Shown: in pieces, positions 47,465 to 57,575 of the stretch
Numbering within the stretch: position 1 is the stretch's first letter
How the letters are laid out: the number at the start of each line of letters is the position of its first letter
Source of the DNA: a virus
Lineage: Duplodnaviria > Caudoviricetes
Reading direction: 5' to 3' (one strand)
DNA length: 64,000 nt
IMG/VR virus record: IMGVR_UViG_3300023170_004399
Span: 1 to 64,000 of that record
Translations under genes and position numbers: made by a program
Notes under the pieces: generated by a model
Database searches by the model: none
What the model was told of the DNA's origin: nothing
The model's input: the letters and a program-made list of their open reading frames with translations, nothing else

Positions 47465-47998
47465 ATGTTAAATATGTTTATGTTTTTTGCATGCGCAGAT
47501 ATGGCACCAGAAAGCGTTGAAAAAGAAATTCAGTATGTTTACACAGAAGAATGCGCAACATTGAAAGGGAAGCAAATTTGCGACTTTATGGCTACAAACG
47601 AATATGATCAGCCGGTGTGGTTTCATGACATAGATGGACCAGTAGTCATGGACCTTAGTGCAATGTGGTGTGCACCGTGCCAAACTGCTGCACAGGACTT
47701 GTCAGATTTGCACGATCAATATCCTGATGTTACTTTTTTAACACTACTTATTGAAGATGGCGTAGGTAATCCGCCAGATGCAAATGATATTGATGGGTGG
47801 AAAAACTCATTAGGAGTTGATACACCAGTTTGGGCAAGTAGTAGAGAAATTTTGACGTCAAACCCTACAGAAGTAGAAAACAAATTATACTTAGATGCAT
47901 GGCCAACTTTTTATGTATTCGATGAAAATAAAACAGTCATAGATTACGTAAGAGGATACAACAAACAAATTTTAAGTGAATACGCTAGTAATTTATAA
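47465..47998 (+). CDS. Thioredoxin-like (TlpA/redoxin) lipoprotein
   Basis: MFFAC lipobox; SAMWCAPC; AWPTFYV. Confidence 0.75.
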   Translation: MLNMFMFFACADMAPESVEKEIQYVYTEECATLKGKQICDFMATNEYDQPVWFHDIDGPVVMDLSAMWCAPCQTAAQDLSDLHDQYPDVTFLTLLIEDGVGNPPDANDIDGWKNSLGVDTPVWASSREILTSNPTEVENKLYLDAWPTFYVFDENKTVIDYVRGYNKQILSEYASNL

Positions 47999-48556
47999 AT
48001 GGTATCCATCATCAGCACCCGCATCATAAAAATAAAACCCGGCACCATCCGATTGCCATGTGCCACTATCACGTCTAAACTGTACAGTTATTGTTCCTGG
48101 ACCTGTGTTATTTGCAGCAAAAATACAGATAGGGTAGTACACGCCGGCGTTCAATGTGATGTTACCACTTGACGCGGTTACCACAGAGTGAAGACCACCA
48201 TTGTTGACAGTTGCATCAGCATTAACCATATTTGCATTTGTTTGCTGCGCAGCATTTCGAGGTTCGTTTGTATCTTGTCTATTAATCCAGAGAAATGAAG
48301 CATCATCTGAAACAGTACGGAATTGCCATGTAGACGATGATGCATCAGGTAAAAAATAGCCACGCCATATTAAGGCATCCGTCGTCCCTATTGAAAGTTG
48401 GAAAATATTTGTGTTTGTTGTTTCGAAAACAGGGTCCCCACCGGAAGTTGCAACTGCAGCAGGGTCTGCATAATAAGCATCGTCCCAGCCTTGCCTGTAT
48501 AAGCCCGAAGTGTAAACTTTTAATTGCCCTGGGTTTTGTATATCATTAATTATCAC
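47993..48556 (-). CDS. PA14/GLEYA-like carbohydrate-binding protein
   Basis: WRGYF, FRTVSDDASFLWI, NNGGLH, TL.AG.YYPI. Confidence 0.7.
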   Translation of the reverse strand: MIINDIQNPGQLKVYTSGLYRQGWDDAYYADPAAVATSGGDPVFETTNTNIFQLSIGTTDALIWRGYFLPDASSSTWQFRTVSDDASFLWINRQDTNEPRNAAQQTNANMVNADATVNNGGLHSVVTASSGNITLNAGVYYPICIFAANNTGPGTITVQFRRDSGTWQSDGAGFYFYDAGADDGYHL

Positions 48557-51500
48557 AATGCTCTCCGATAATAAAGTGTAACTTTTAAACCTCTGCCACC
48601 GGTGCCGGCTGTGTCGACATCAATTCTAATTTGCGCATCATCATTTATAGATGTATTTGTAAGTACACAAGCAGTTGAAGCTGTTCTAGATGTTGATTCG
48701 GTACCGTCAATACGTAAACGTGATCCTGAAGCTGTTTCATCCATAATAGTGGTACCATCAACATGTATATCAACTGTTGTTAATGTTGTAGCTGCAGTCG
48801 TCAAACTAGCTCTCGGCGGCTGGTATAATTCCATTGCAAAAGGTGCTCTAAAAACAGCTTGAGCTGCACCAACTTGAATATCTGTATTGTCTGCAGTTAC
48901 GGAAATAATCATATAATCTTCAAAACTTGCTTGTTGTTTAATATCTAAACTACCACTTACAATGACGTCTCCACCAAAAACAGAGTTTTTAGCAGCGTTT
49001 CCTGATAACCCTATTGTACCAGAAACGAAAAGCGAAGTATCTATAGATGAGGCATCAGTGTTTGAAAGATCATTTTCATGCAATAAAATAGATCCAGATT
49101 TAGTTATCATAAACCTATCCGCAAAATTTGATGTTGCCGTTGCTCCGTTAAATGTCCTCGTTCGAATAGTGAAATCTGCATCAAAACTATCACCACTATT
49201 TCTTTTAGTTATAATACGTGCATTTTCAATAGTTTGGTTGTAAAAAGATATGAACATGTCTCTATCAGCTGATGTGTCAGAAACATTGTTAAATGCTAAA
49301 TCAGCACTTAAACTTGAAGCTACTGGTTTCCATATGTTAACGTAACCATTGCCAGCATTAGTACTTGACCCCATGTTAATTTGTCCATCATTACCAGTAG
49401 TAGTAGCAGATGATGTCATAGTCAATAGTGCACCACCATTCGCACTGTCAAACCTAAATTGAAAATCTGCATTACTATCCGGATTAAAATATGCTCTATT
49501 AGGTTGTCTGGGATATACTATATCACCATCCACAAGATCTTCTGTAAATGTGTTAAAATTAGCCATAAATGTTGCATATCTTACAACACCACTTGTATCG
49601 CCTTCTCCAAAAAAGTCAATTCTTTTTCGAACATCAATGTTTGGTCCAATAGGCACATCAATATTATCAAAGTCAAATTTTATTCTTTGATTTGATACTT
49701 CCGTACTTAGACCACGAAGTGTATCACATTCCCATTCTTTGTCACTAGTAAGAATAGCTGCATTTGCTGCAGTGGTACTACCAGAAACTGTTGTTCTAAA
49801 CACTAATTCAGAACCAACACCATGATTGACAAATGCTTCATTTTCATCATCTGATATGTGTACAATTTGTATGTTTCTAGCCAATATTTGTGCCGGCGTA
49901 AAATAAGGCAGTTCGTCATCTGTGCCGCCCCTTATTGAAAAATTTATCATCCCTAATGTTTTATCAGCGTCGATATTTTTTCCTCGTCTTACGATGCCTA
50001 ACTCTGGAAAAGTGCTAGCTGATCCTGTTCGTTCTACGTGTAAAGTAAATGCGGGACCAGGGTTGCCAATCCCTAAACGCCCTCTCGATGTTATTCTCAT
50101 TCTTTCTGAAACAAGGGAGCTATCTTCTTGCCCGGTGTTAAAAACTATTGATGTTGGTTTATCAGATGCATAATTCCATGTATCGCGATCTGCCTTTGCT
50201 TGTATAGATGCTACTGCCACTGTGCCGGCATAACTATCATCAGAGCTATTCCAAACTAATGATCCAAAAATTGTATTGTTGTCATCAGGTAAGTCAGATG
50301 AAGCTACTGCAGAAGATGATCTTATATAACTGAAAGTTGGTACACTTCCTACTCTTTCAATAATCATTTGGCCATCAAACATGTTTTTGGTTGTATTAAT
50401 CCCTAATTTATTTGGCCTAAATGTACCTGTCACATATAAGTCACCTAAAACATAAGCATCATTTTCAACCCTTGTGTTTCCACCTGCATCAACTACAGCC
50501 CTAATAGCTGAGTTTGTTTTGATTTGAAAATCATGAGAGCCTATAGTGCCAACACTTCCAACGCTGCCGCCACCGGAAGTATCACTGCTTGCTATAAAGG
50601 ATTGTACATTATTGCTTTGATTACTTGATTTTAAAATTATTTCCGATAATTCGTTTTGAGTAGCATTATCGCCAATTATAATTTGTGTTGTTCCAGAGGT
50701 ATCATTTACGTGAAGCCTAGAATCAGGTGTAGAAGTACCAATTCCTATATCTCCGGAAGCTGATACTATCATTTTTGCACTGTTGTTAACAACAAATTTT
50801 ACATCATGATCTGAAAGAGATCCTAGTTGTACATAACCAGCACCACCTTGTGTACTTACTGATCCGAATGAACCAGTGACAGATTCATCTCCATAGAATG
50901 CTTTTGTGCTGATTGAACTAAAATACGTGCTTTTATTAAGACCATCACCAACAGTTATGGTGGTATAAAGTGCACCTGACACGTGTAAGTCTGTTTCAGG
51001 AGAAGTGGTACCAATACCTACACTATTACTTGGTACCAGAACATACCCGTTTTCACCCCCTACCAGAACTGTGTTGTTTGACCCACTTAAATTTAAATCT
51101 TCGCTAGAATCCAAATAAAGGGTTCCTTTGACCGACTGTGCTGTACCTGTCACAGCATCAGTTCCTCCACTAAATGTTTGATCTTGATTTAGCGGGCTGT
51201 CATTTGTTAGTGTGGAAAAATTTGCTTTGAAATAAAAGCTGTTTCCAGATGATCCTGCTGTTGTCGCTGTAAGGTTGATACCCCCATTAAAAGAACCGTT
51301 TTCTATCGCAGTTATATCTGCTCTATTGGCAATACTATTGTTGTAATAACGTACTTCAGCAGACCCTCCATTAGTCCCATCATATATGGTAACTCCCGAT
51401 GCGTTGATGGCACCTATAATTCTATCTCTCATTGTTGAGAAACTTGATGCATCTCTTTTGATAAAAACTTTATTTGCAAGATTAGGACCTTGGGATGATA

Positions 51501-51861
51501 TATCGTCCTTGATAAAATATGTAAAGCTTGTTCCGTCGTTAAGTATGAAAGTTGATCCATCTCCTGGTGCTGAATATGGGTCTTGGAGTCTTAAACCACC
51601 GCTACTATTTCCATTTAGAAATGCTGCTTCTGCAGGGGTGCTAGTTGTTCCTTGTGTAACAAAAACAATGTCTTTTTGCTGACTGTTGGTGATAACTCTC
51701 AAGACTTCATCATTTGTGCCATTGCCCGATATCTCAACAGATCCTGTGCAAACTATGGCAACACCATCTTGTGATGCGTAACTTGTATCTATAGAACCGC
51801 TTACAACAATACCCTCGTTAAAACGCATTGTAGCAGTTCCCATATTTTTTATTTTTGCCAT
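48553..51861 (-). CDS. Tail fibre-like or virion structural protein
   Basis: Ser/Thr/Gly-rich, repeated VGIGTTSP..LHV / IGIGTSTP..LHV / LGIGNPGP..LHV units. Confidence 0.65.
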   Translation of the reverse strand: MAKIKNMGTATMRFNEGIVVSGSIDTSYASQDGVAIVCTGSVEISGNGTNDEVLRVITNSQQKDIVFVTQGTTSTPAEAAFLNGNSSGGLRLQDPYSAPGDGSTFILNDGTSFTYFIKDDISSQGPNLANKVFIKRDASSFSTMRDRIIGAINASGVTIYDGTNGGSAEVRYYNNSIANRADITAIENGSFNGGINLTATTAGSSGNSFYFKANFSTLTNDSPLNQDQTFSGGTDAVTGTAQSVKGTLYLDSSEDLNLSGSNNTVLVGGENGYVLVPSNSVGIGTTSPETDLHVSGALYTTITVGDGLNKSTYFSSISTKAFYGDESVTGSFGSVSTQGGAGYVQLGSLSDHDVKFVVNNSAKMIVSASGDIGIGTSTPDSRLHVNDTSGTTQIIIGDNATQNELSEIILKSSNQSNNVQSFIASSDTSGGGSVGSVGTIGSHDFQIKTNSAIRAVVDAGGNTRVENDAYVLGDLYVTGTFRPNKLGINTTKNMFDGQMIIERVGSVPTFSYIRSSSAVASSDLPDDNNTIFGSLVWNSSDDSYAGTVAVASIQAKADRDTWNYASDKPTSIVFNTGQEDSSLVSERMRITSRGRLGIGNPGPAFTLHVERTGSASTFPELGIVRRGKNIDADKTLGMINFSIRGGTDDELPYFTPAQILARNIQIVHISDDENEAFVNHGVGSELVFRTTVSGSTTAANAAILTSDKEWECDTLRGLSTEVSNQRIKFDFDNIDVPIGPNIDVRKRIDFFGEGDTSGVVRYATFMANFNTFTEDLVDGDIVYPRQPNRAYFNPDSNADFQFRFDSANGGALLTMTSSATTTGNDGQINMGSSTNAGNGYVNIWKPVASSLSADLAFNNVSDTSADRDMFISFYNQTIENARIITKRNSGDSFDADFTIRTRTFNGATATSNFADRFMITKSGSILLHENDLSNTDASSIDTSLFVSGTIGLSGNAAKNSVFGGDVIVSGSLDIKQQASFEDYMIISVTADNTDIQVGAAQAVFRAPFAMELYQPPRASLTTAATTLTTVDIHVDGTTIMDETASGSRLRIDGTESTSRTASTACVLTNTSINDDAQIRIDVDTAGTGGRGLKVTLYYRRAL

Positions 51862-51979
51862 AATTTGTCCTTTTTTTTTATAAAAACATAATTTGGTGAT
51901 TATAATAATCTAGTCATGCAAATGACGTCTACATTTTTATCTATATTTTATTATTAATTATACTTTGGAGAATAAATAT

Positions 51980-52423
51980 ATGTCAAAACTATATCCTTTA
52001 ATGAATTCTTTTGATCCTTTTTCACGTGACATGTCAAGTGTTTTCGATGCAATGGATCTTTTTTTTCCAACTAATTACAAAAGTAGCAAACAAAAATCAT
52101 CTGGAATTTTAGCCAACGTCAAAAAGTTGGATGACAGATACACATTAGAGTTATCAGCGCCTGGATTTTCTCGAGATGATTTTAGCTTAAATGTTGAAAA
52201 CAATGTTCTTACTGTACGCGTTGAAAATTCCACTGATTCGAATAAAGACAGCGGGTATATCCATAGAGAGTTTTCATATAATAACTTTAGCAGATCATGG
52301 ACCTTGCCAGAAACTGTTAATTTAGAAATGATATCAGCAAAATACGAAGCTGGTCTTTTGCTAGTAAATGTGCCATTTAACGTTGAAAATAAAACAAAAT
52401 CTTTCAACATTGATATTGATTAA
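51980..52423 (+). CDS. Hsp20 small heat-shock protein
   Basis: alpha-crystallin motifs LSAPG, HREF.Y..F.RS..LP, A.Y..GLL.V.VP. Confidence 0.9.
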   Translation: MSKLYPLMNSFDPFSRDMSSVFDAMDLFFPTNYKSSKQKSSGILANVKKLDDRYTLELSAPGFSRDDFSLNVENNVLTVRVENSTDSNKDSGYIHREFSYNNFSRSWTLPETVNLEMISAKYEAGLLLVNVPFNVENKTKSFNIDID

Positions 52424-52447
52424 GAAATAGCTGTTAGTATTAAAATT

Positions 52448-52477
52448 ATAAGAGGGCGTATGTCCTCTTATTTTTTG
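52448..52477. terminator. Terminator between convergent genes
   Basis: ATAAGAGGGC-GTAT-GTCCTCTTAT followed by a T run. Confidence 0.7.
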
Positions 52478-52749
52478 TTTCGTAATATGTTAATAATTTC
52501 TTCTGCTTGTTTTCTCATCCAGTGCTGAGCTTCTTGCTCTGTAGGAAATGAATATGAATCTGTGCTTAAGCTAGGATTAGATTTACATTCTATTTTGCAT
52601 GTGTATTTATCACCATTTGCAAATATAACTGAGTTAATATCCGGATGATCTTGCCAATTATATGGATCAGTTTCTATTGTATGATAATTACGACCAATTT
52701 CTTCTGAGATAATATATCTAATATATTTTTTTAAATTAAATTTATACAT
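52468..52749 (-). CDS. Leader-tagged (class A) small protein
   Basis: NLKKYIRYIISEE. Confidence 0.6.
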   Translation of the reverse strand: MYKFNLKKYIRYIISEEIGRNYHTIETDPYNWQDHPDINSVIFANGDKYTCKIECKSNPSLSTDSYSFPTEQEAQHWMRKQAEEIINILRNKK

Positions 52750-52837
52750 TTTAAATTTGCCTTTATAATTTAATTAATTCAATTAATTACTGACTTAAAT
52801 TGAATTAATAATTATTAACTTACTTATAGGAGCTATT

Positions 52838-53302
52838 ATGAATAATTATAAACATAAGAATTTATATTCTTTTAGTGGAGAAGAAAATTACTTAAGTATG
52901 TATGCATACTCAGTTTATTTAAGATCAGGAGGAGATGCAATTACTGGCCGTTTTCAAATTACTATTGATACAGTGCCTGAATGGGAGGCTGATGGATCTA
53001 CACATGTGTCTGTATACTGGGCAAAATTAGAAAAGTGGACAGACAAAGGATTTGTATTAGTGTCGAGTTACAGATTTGATATCACTAATCATAATATATC
53101 AGATATAGAACATCTTTTGGCTTCACATTTTGAATCATTTACTTTAGGTACATATGTTGATGGTGCAGTATCAAATCCAGTTGATACAAAGCCAAAAAAA
53201 ACAAAAAAACCTAATAAGTCAAATGAAATAAAAAAATTAGCTGACAAATACATAAAAAACGTTAACAAAAGTAAAAACAAAAAATATTTTGATTTTTTAT
53301 AA
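52838..53302 (+). CDS. Hypothetical protein with Lys-rich tail
   Basis: AGGAG SD. Confidence 0.6.
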   Translation: MNNYKHKNLYSFSGEENYLSMYAYSVYLRSGGDAITGRFQITIDTVPEWEADGSTHVSVYWAKLEKWTDKGFVLVSSYRFDITNHNISDIEHLLASHFESFTLGTYVDGAVSNPVDTKPKKTKKPNKSNEIKKLADKYIKNVNKSKNKKYFDFL

Positions 53303-53318
53303 TTATTTTCTGCAAATA

Positions 53319-53347
53319 TTGCAAAAACATTCTGAGCTAGTTATATT
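53319..53347 (+). promoter_or_regulatory. sigma70-type early promoter
   Basis: TTGCAA-N17-TATATT. Confidence 0.7.
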
Positions 53348-53367
53348 ACATATATCAGGAGGTCAAC

Positions 53368-53811
53368 ATGTCTAGAAAAAAATTATACAATTCAATCAAA
53401 CAACAGATTATGCAAAACAACCCAGAGGAATTTGCTGCTTATAAAAAGAAGCGTGTTAATACTAGTATGAGAGAACAAAAAGCTCAGCACAGTGTTGAAT
53501 GGAAACAAGATCGCCGTCAAAAACGCAAACCAGAATTCGATTGGGATATTAAGGAAAATGATTTAGTAAAAATAAAAGTAACTGGAAAAAACGCAGAATG
53601 GCAATTTGGTGGCACACCACTGGAAGAAATTGAAAACACTGTGTTTATAGTAATAGCTAAATCAAAACGTAATCCTATTAACTGGGGTCTTTGTGAAAGC
53701 GTTGATAACATGTGGGGCCGAATGCATTCTGATGAAAAGACCGAGTTTGCAAACATCATTGGTGGCGTTCATAATGTTTGGATAAAAGTTTCAATGCTAA
53801 GAAAAATATAA
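53368..53811 (+). CDS. Hypothetical protein with SH3/KOW-like C-domain
   Basis: AGGAGG SD; IKENDLVKI. Confidence 0.6.
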   Translation: MSRKKLYNSIKQQIMQNNPEEFAAYKKKRVNTSMREQKAQHSVEWKQDRRQKRKPEFDWDIKENDLVKIKVTGKNAEWQFGGTPLEEIENTVFIVIAKSKRNPINWGLCESVDNMWGRMHSDEKTEFANIIGGVHNVWIKVSMLRKI

Positions 53812-53838
53812 AAAAAATTATTTTTTTTCAAGCAAAAT

Positions 53839-53867
53839 CTGCAAATATTTCTAAAATCAATTATATT
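53839..53867 (+). promoter_or_regulatory. sigma70-type early promoter
   Basis: CTGCAA-N17-TATATT. Confidence 0.6.
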
Positions 53868-53914
53868 ATATATACAACTTAACCAATCAACTAACTTATT
53901 TTTTCGGAGTCTTT

Positions 53915-55012
53915 ATGTCTACAAAAACAACTACAACAATCTCTTCATTTCTTGCTGTTGCATCTAAGTTGCCACCAGAAATTGCTGTCTTAATGCAAGG
54001 TCCTACTGGTATCGGTAAATCTTTTTTAGCTAAACAAGTTGCTGAGGATTTAGATTTACCATTTATCCCTGTCTTTGGTTCTACTATGTCTGAAGGTGAT
54101 GTAGGTGGTTATCCAGATATTGAAAGTATGAAGGAAACCGGTGTCATGACTTTCTGCATGCCTTCTTGGTTTATTCGTGCTTGTTCTGAGCCATGTGTTG
54201 TAATGCTAGATGAGCTTAATCGTTCTCTTCCTGGCGTTCAACAATCATTCTTCCAATTAGTTTTAGATAGAGCTCTTGGTAACGACAAAAACGGTGCTCC
54301 ATATAAATTGCATCCAAATACAAGAATATTTGCTGCGGTAAATGTTGGTTCAGAGTATGATGTCAACGAAATGGACCCTGCACTTCTTCGTCGTTTTTGG
54401 GCAGTTAATCTTGAACCTAGTACACAAGATTGGGTTTCTTGGGCTAAGAATAATTCTATAGATAAATTGTTAGTAGAATTTATTCAACAAAACCCTGTTC
54501 ATCTTAGAGTCGATCCATCAACTGTTGAACCTGGAACTGTTTGTCCAAACCCTGCTTCTTGGCACAGAGTTGATACCTGTCTTAAGCATATGGGTGTCAA
54601 TCCTAGCAGCTATGCTGGTAAGGAAATGCCTGATTATGTATACACTTTATTAATTGGTATGGTAGGTGTAGAAGCTGGTATTGCATTTAACACTTTTGTC
54701 AAAAATGCTGAAGCAAATATTACTGCTGAAGACATTCTAGCTGGGTATGATTTAACTAAACTAGAAGGTGTTTCAACTGGCATTATTATTGGTATATGTG
54801 ACAAACTTAAGGAACATTGCATGGATAACGACTGGGATGCATCTGAAGCAGCTAATGTAGCAGCCTTCTCTGAAGTTATTTCAGACGAGCTTACTGTTAC
54901 ACTTTGGGGTAATATTTCATCTTCTGGTAATCTAAAAAATATTAGTGCTATTCACAAGCTTATTGGTGCAAAAGTAACTAAGATTGTACAAACTTCTAGA
55001 AACTTGAAATAA
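53915..55012 (+). CDS. MoxR-family AAA+ ATPase
   Basis: GPTGIGKS, MLDELNR, AAVN, MDPALLRRF, PNPASW. Confidence 0.85.
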   Translation: MSTKTTTTISSFLAVASKLPPEIAVLMQGPTGIGKSFLAKQVAEDLDLPFIPVFGSTMSEGDVGGYPDIESMKETGVMTFCMPSWFIRACSEPCVVMLDELNRSLPGVQQSFFQLVLDRALGNDKNGAPYKLHPNTRIFAAVNVGSEYDVNEMDPALLRRFWAVNLEPSTQDWVSWAKNNSIDKLLVEFIQQNPVHLRVDPSTVEPGTVCPNPASWHRVDTCLKHMGVNPSSYAGKEMPDYVYTLLIGMVGVEAGIAFNTFVKNAEANITAEDILAGYDLTKLEGVSTGIIIGICDKLKEHCMDNDWDASEAANVAAFSEVISDELTVTLWGNISSSGNLKNISAIHKLIGAKVTKIVQTSRNLK

Positions 55013-55068
55013 TATTAGTATCATGTGCAGAGAGGTCTTTCTTTGGCCTCTCCTGCTTGGAATATATT

Positions 55069-55248
55069 ATGGTAGGTAAATTAGTTAAAATTAAACAATA
55101 TAAGTGTGATGAGTCACAGTTTGCATTAGTAATAAGTCTCCTTAGAGGCTTAACTGATAATACTAATGATGAATATAGCGTGTACAACGTTTTGTTTAAT
55201 GGGGAAATTAGACATTTTTTTCGAAGAGAAATAGAAATTATAGAATAA
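55069..55248 (+). CDS. Small SH3/KOW-like protein
   Basis: MVGKLVKI...ALVI. Confidence 0.45.
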   Translation: MVGKLVKIKQYKCDESQFALVISLLRGLTDNTNDEYSVYNVLFNGEIRHFFRREIEIIE

Positions 55249-55261
55249 TTTCCGGCGTTTT

Positions 55262-55290
55262 TTGCAATTTTTATATTACTTAGTTATATT
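55262..55290 (+). promoter_or_regulatory. sigma70-type early promoter
   Basis: TTGCAA-N17-TATATT. Confidence 0.7.
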
Positions 55291-55323
55291 ACTAATACAA
55301 CAACTAACAATTATGGAGTTTAT

Positions 55324-56730
55324 ATGTCTGCAAACACTGTTGAAACAAACAAATCTCTTATTTCTAAAGAAGTTACTCAAGAACAAATGGATAACTTCAA
55401 TCTAGACTATTATTTAATTTCTCTCATGTGGAATGAGCCTTTTTATGCGCACATTATCAGACAAATTAACAAGTCTGAAACTACTAAAATTCCTACTGCG
55501 GGTGTGTATGTCAAAGACAGTGAAATACACATGATGTGGAATAGAAAGTTTCTCGCTGGTTTAAGCAAAAAAGAAGTTTTTGGCTTGCTTAAGCATGAAG
55601 CAATGCACTTAATCTTCAGTCACACTACAACACGTAGATTTGACCCACATATAGTTTGGAATTATGCTACTGATTTAGCTATTAATAGTATGATACCAGA
55701 AGATGAATTACCGGAAGGTGGTTTAATACCTAGTAAAAAATTTAAACCTCTTACTGCAGAGCAAGTTGAACAAATGGGTCAACAAGCTGCTGATAGATAT
55801 GAAATGATATCTAACAAAATTGCTTCTTTTCCTAAAAACAAAAATGCTGAATGGTATTTCTCTAGACTTATGGAAGACCCTGAAGTCAAAGAGGCTATAG
55901 AATCTGCGCAAAAAATGCAAGGAAAATCTTTGCAAGATGCTTTAGCAGATGGCACTGTCAAAATAGACGAAGATGGCAACCTCGTTGACCAAGATGGTAA
56001 TCCAGTTACAGTTGTTCCCGGAGAAGGTGGCGAAGGTTCTATGGATAGCCATGAAGGTTGGGATAGTATGTCTGATGAAGAACGTCAAAAAATGGAAGGT
56101 AAGATTAAGGTCGCACTTGAAAAGTCTATTAAGGAATGTGATAGAACAAATAAGTGGGGTAACATTAGTGCATCGATGCGCTCTACTTTACGTAGCTTGG
56201 TTTCACGTGAAATCCCTTGGCAATCAGTGCTTAAGCAATTTTGTGGAATGTCTAGACGTGCTGATAGAGCATCATCTATTAGACGCATACATCGCAAGTA
56301 TCCTGGAATACACCCAGGAGCTTTTCGTGATTACAAATCTAATATTGCTGTATACGTAGACCAGTCTGGTTCCGTTTCAGATAGTGACTTAGAATTACTT
56401 TCAGGCGAACTTCAAAATCTTGCTAAAAGAGTAACATTTACTATGTACAACTTTGATACTGAAGTAGATGTCGACTCTGAACAAGAATACAAAAAAGGTA
56501 AGCGTATTGATATTAAGCGTACCAGATGCGGTGGCACATGTTTTACTTGCGTTATTAAGCATGCTAATTTAAACAAATCTAAGTATGATGGTATACTTAT
56601 ATTAACAGATGGTTATGCTTCTAAACCACAAGTTAAATCAAACCTTAAGGTAGGCTGGGTTATTGTACCAGACGGAAAACTTGCTTTCAAAAAGAAGAAC
56701 AGAGACTTCTTAATAGAAATGAAAGAATAA
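55324..56730 (+). CDS. DUF2201-like metallopeptidase-vWA protein, MoxR partner
   Basis: IPTAGV, KHEAMH (HExxH), WN.A.D.AIN, VDQSGS, GGT, LTDG. Confidence 0.85.
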   Translation: MSANTVETNKSLISKEVTQEQMDNFNLDYYLISLMWNEPFYAHIIRQINKSETTKIPTAGVYVKDSEIHMMWNRKFLAGLSKKEVFGLLKHEAMHLIFSHTTTRRFDPHIVWNYATDLAINSMIPEDELPEGGLIPSKKFKPLTAEQVEQMGQQAADRYEMISNKIASFPKNKNAEWYFSRLMEDPEVKEAIESAQKMQGKSLQDALADGTVKIDEDGNLVDQDGNPVTVVPGEGGEGSMDSHEGWDSMSDEERQKMEGKIKVALEKSIKECDRTNKWGNISASMRSTLRSLVSREIPWQSVLKQFCGMSRRADRASSIRRIHRKYPGIHPGAFRDYKSNIAVYVDQSGSVSDSDLELLSGELQNLAKRVTFTMYNFDTEVDVDSEQEYKKGKRIDIKRTRCGGTCFTCVIKHANLNKSKYDGILILTDGYASKPQVKSNLKVGWVIVPDGKLAFKKKNRDFLIEMKE

Positions 56731-56795
56731 AAATATAGACGTAGAACGCGTTTAGGGTTTTATAAAATAAAGTTCAACAACATCGATTAATAAGT

Positions 56796-56829
56796 AAGCG
56801 TCCTCTACCCTAAGGGACGCTTTCTTTTA
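56796..56829. terminator. Terminator between convergent genes
   Basis: AAGCGTCC...GGACGCTT stem then TCTTTT. Confidence 0.65.
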
Positions 56830-57520
56830 TAAATCTTTTGATATATTTGTGTTGTATAGATATTGACATATTGTTAAATTCTGGATATGTAGCTATTAGA
56901 AGACCTACAAAATCTCCTTTGTTGTCATATATAGGACCACCAGATGATCCTCCAACAGCAGGTATATTAAATATTGAATATGTATTATCTAACTCACCAG
57001 CATAATAACCGAACAGTTTGTTAGATAGATTTTTGCCTTTTATGCCTAAAGGATATCCTATATAATAATATAAGTCAGATCTATTTGGTTCTTTTTTAGA
57101 AAGCTTTGAAGGTTTTATACCTAGATTGTAATCACTTTCAAATAAACAAATATCATAAAAGTGATCTATACTTATAGGTTCACCGGTCCAATAGTTGCCA
57201 TAAACATCAATTGCAATAGTCATACTAGCATATCTTTTTTCAATATCAACCATATATTTCCATGGTTCACAAACATGAGCAGCAGTTAATATGTATTTAT
57301 CACTTATAATGACACCTGTACCTCGAGAAACATCTTCTTCACTTAAGTCAGCTGACATTAATGTAGTTTGTATTAACACAGTAGTTTCGTTAACTCTACC
57401 GAATTTAATCTCTTTTTTATTACTGATTTTTTTCACGTTACATGACATGCAACTTGAAACACAAACTAAAAAAATTATGAACAATAGTATGTTATTTAAT
57501 ATTTTATTAACGCTAATCAT
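56810..57520 (-). CDS. Trypsin-like serine protease with signal or lipoprotein N-terminus
   Basis: LTAAHVC, YDICL, GGSSGGP catalytic triad motifs. Confidence 0.85.
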   Translation of the reverse strand: MISVNKILNNILLFIIFLVCVSSCMSCNVKKISNKKEIKFGRVNETTVLIQTTLMSADLSEEDVSRGTGVIISDKYILTAAHVCEPWKYMVDIEKRYASMTIAIDVYGNYWTGEPISIDHFYDICLFESDYNLGIKPSKLSKKEPNRSDLYYYIGYPLGIKGKNLSNKLFGYYAGELDNTYSIFNIPAVGGSSGGPIYDNKGDFVGLLIATYPEFNNMSISIQHKYIKRFIKESVP

Positions 57521-57575
57521 TTATACACTTCTTATTAATTAAGTATTATTTAAAATAAAATATGGAGTCGATAAT

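Noticed and set aside
55027-55056. Hairpin after the MoxR gene as a terminator
   Set aside because: No T run; may be a stability element, not supported as a terminator
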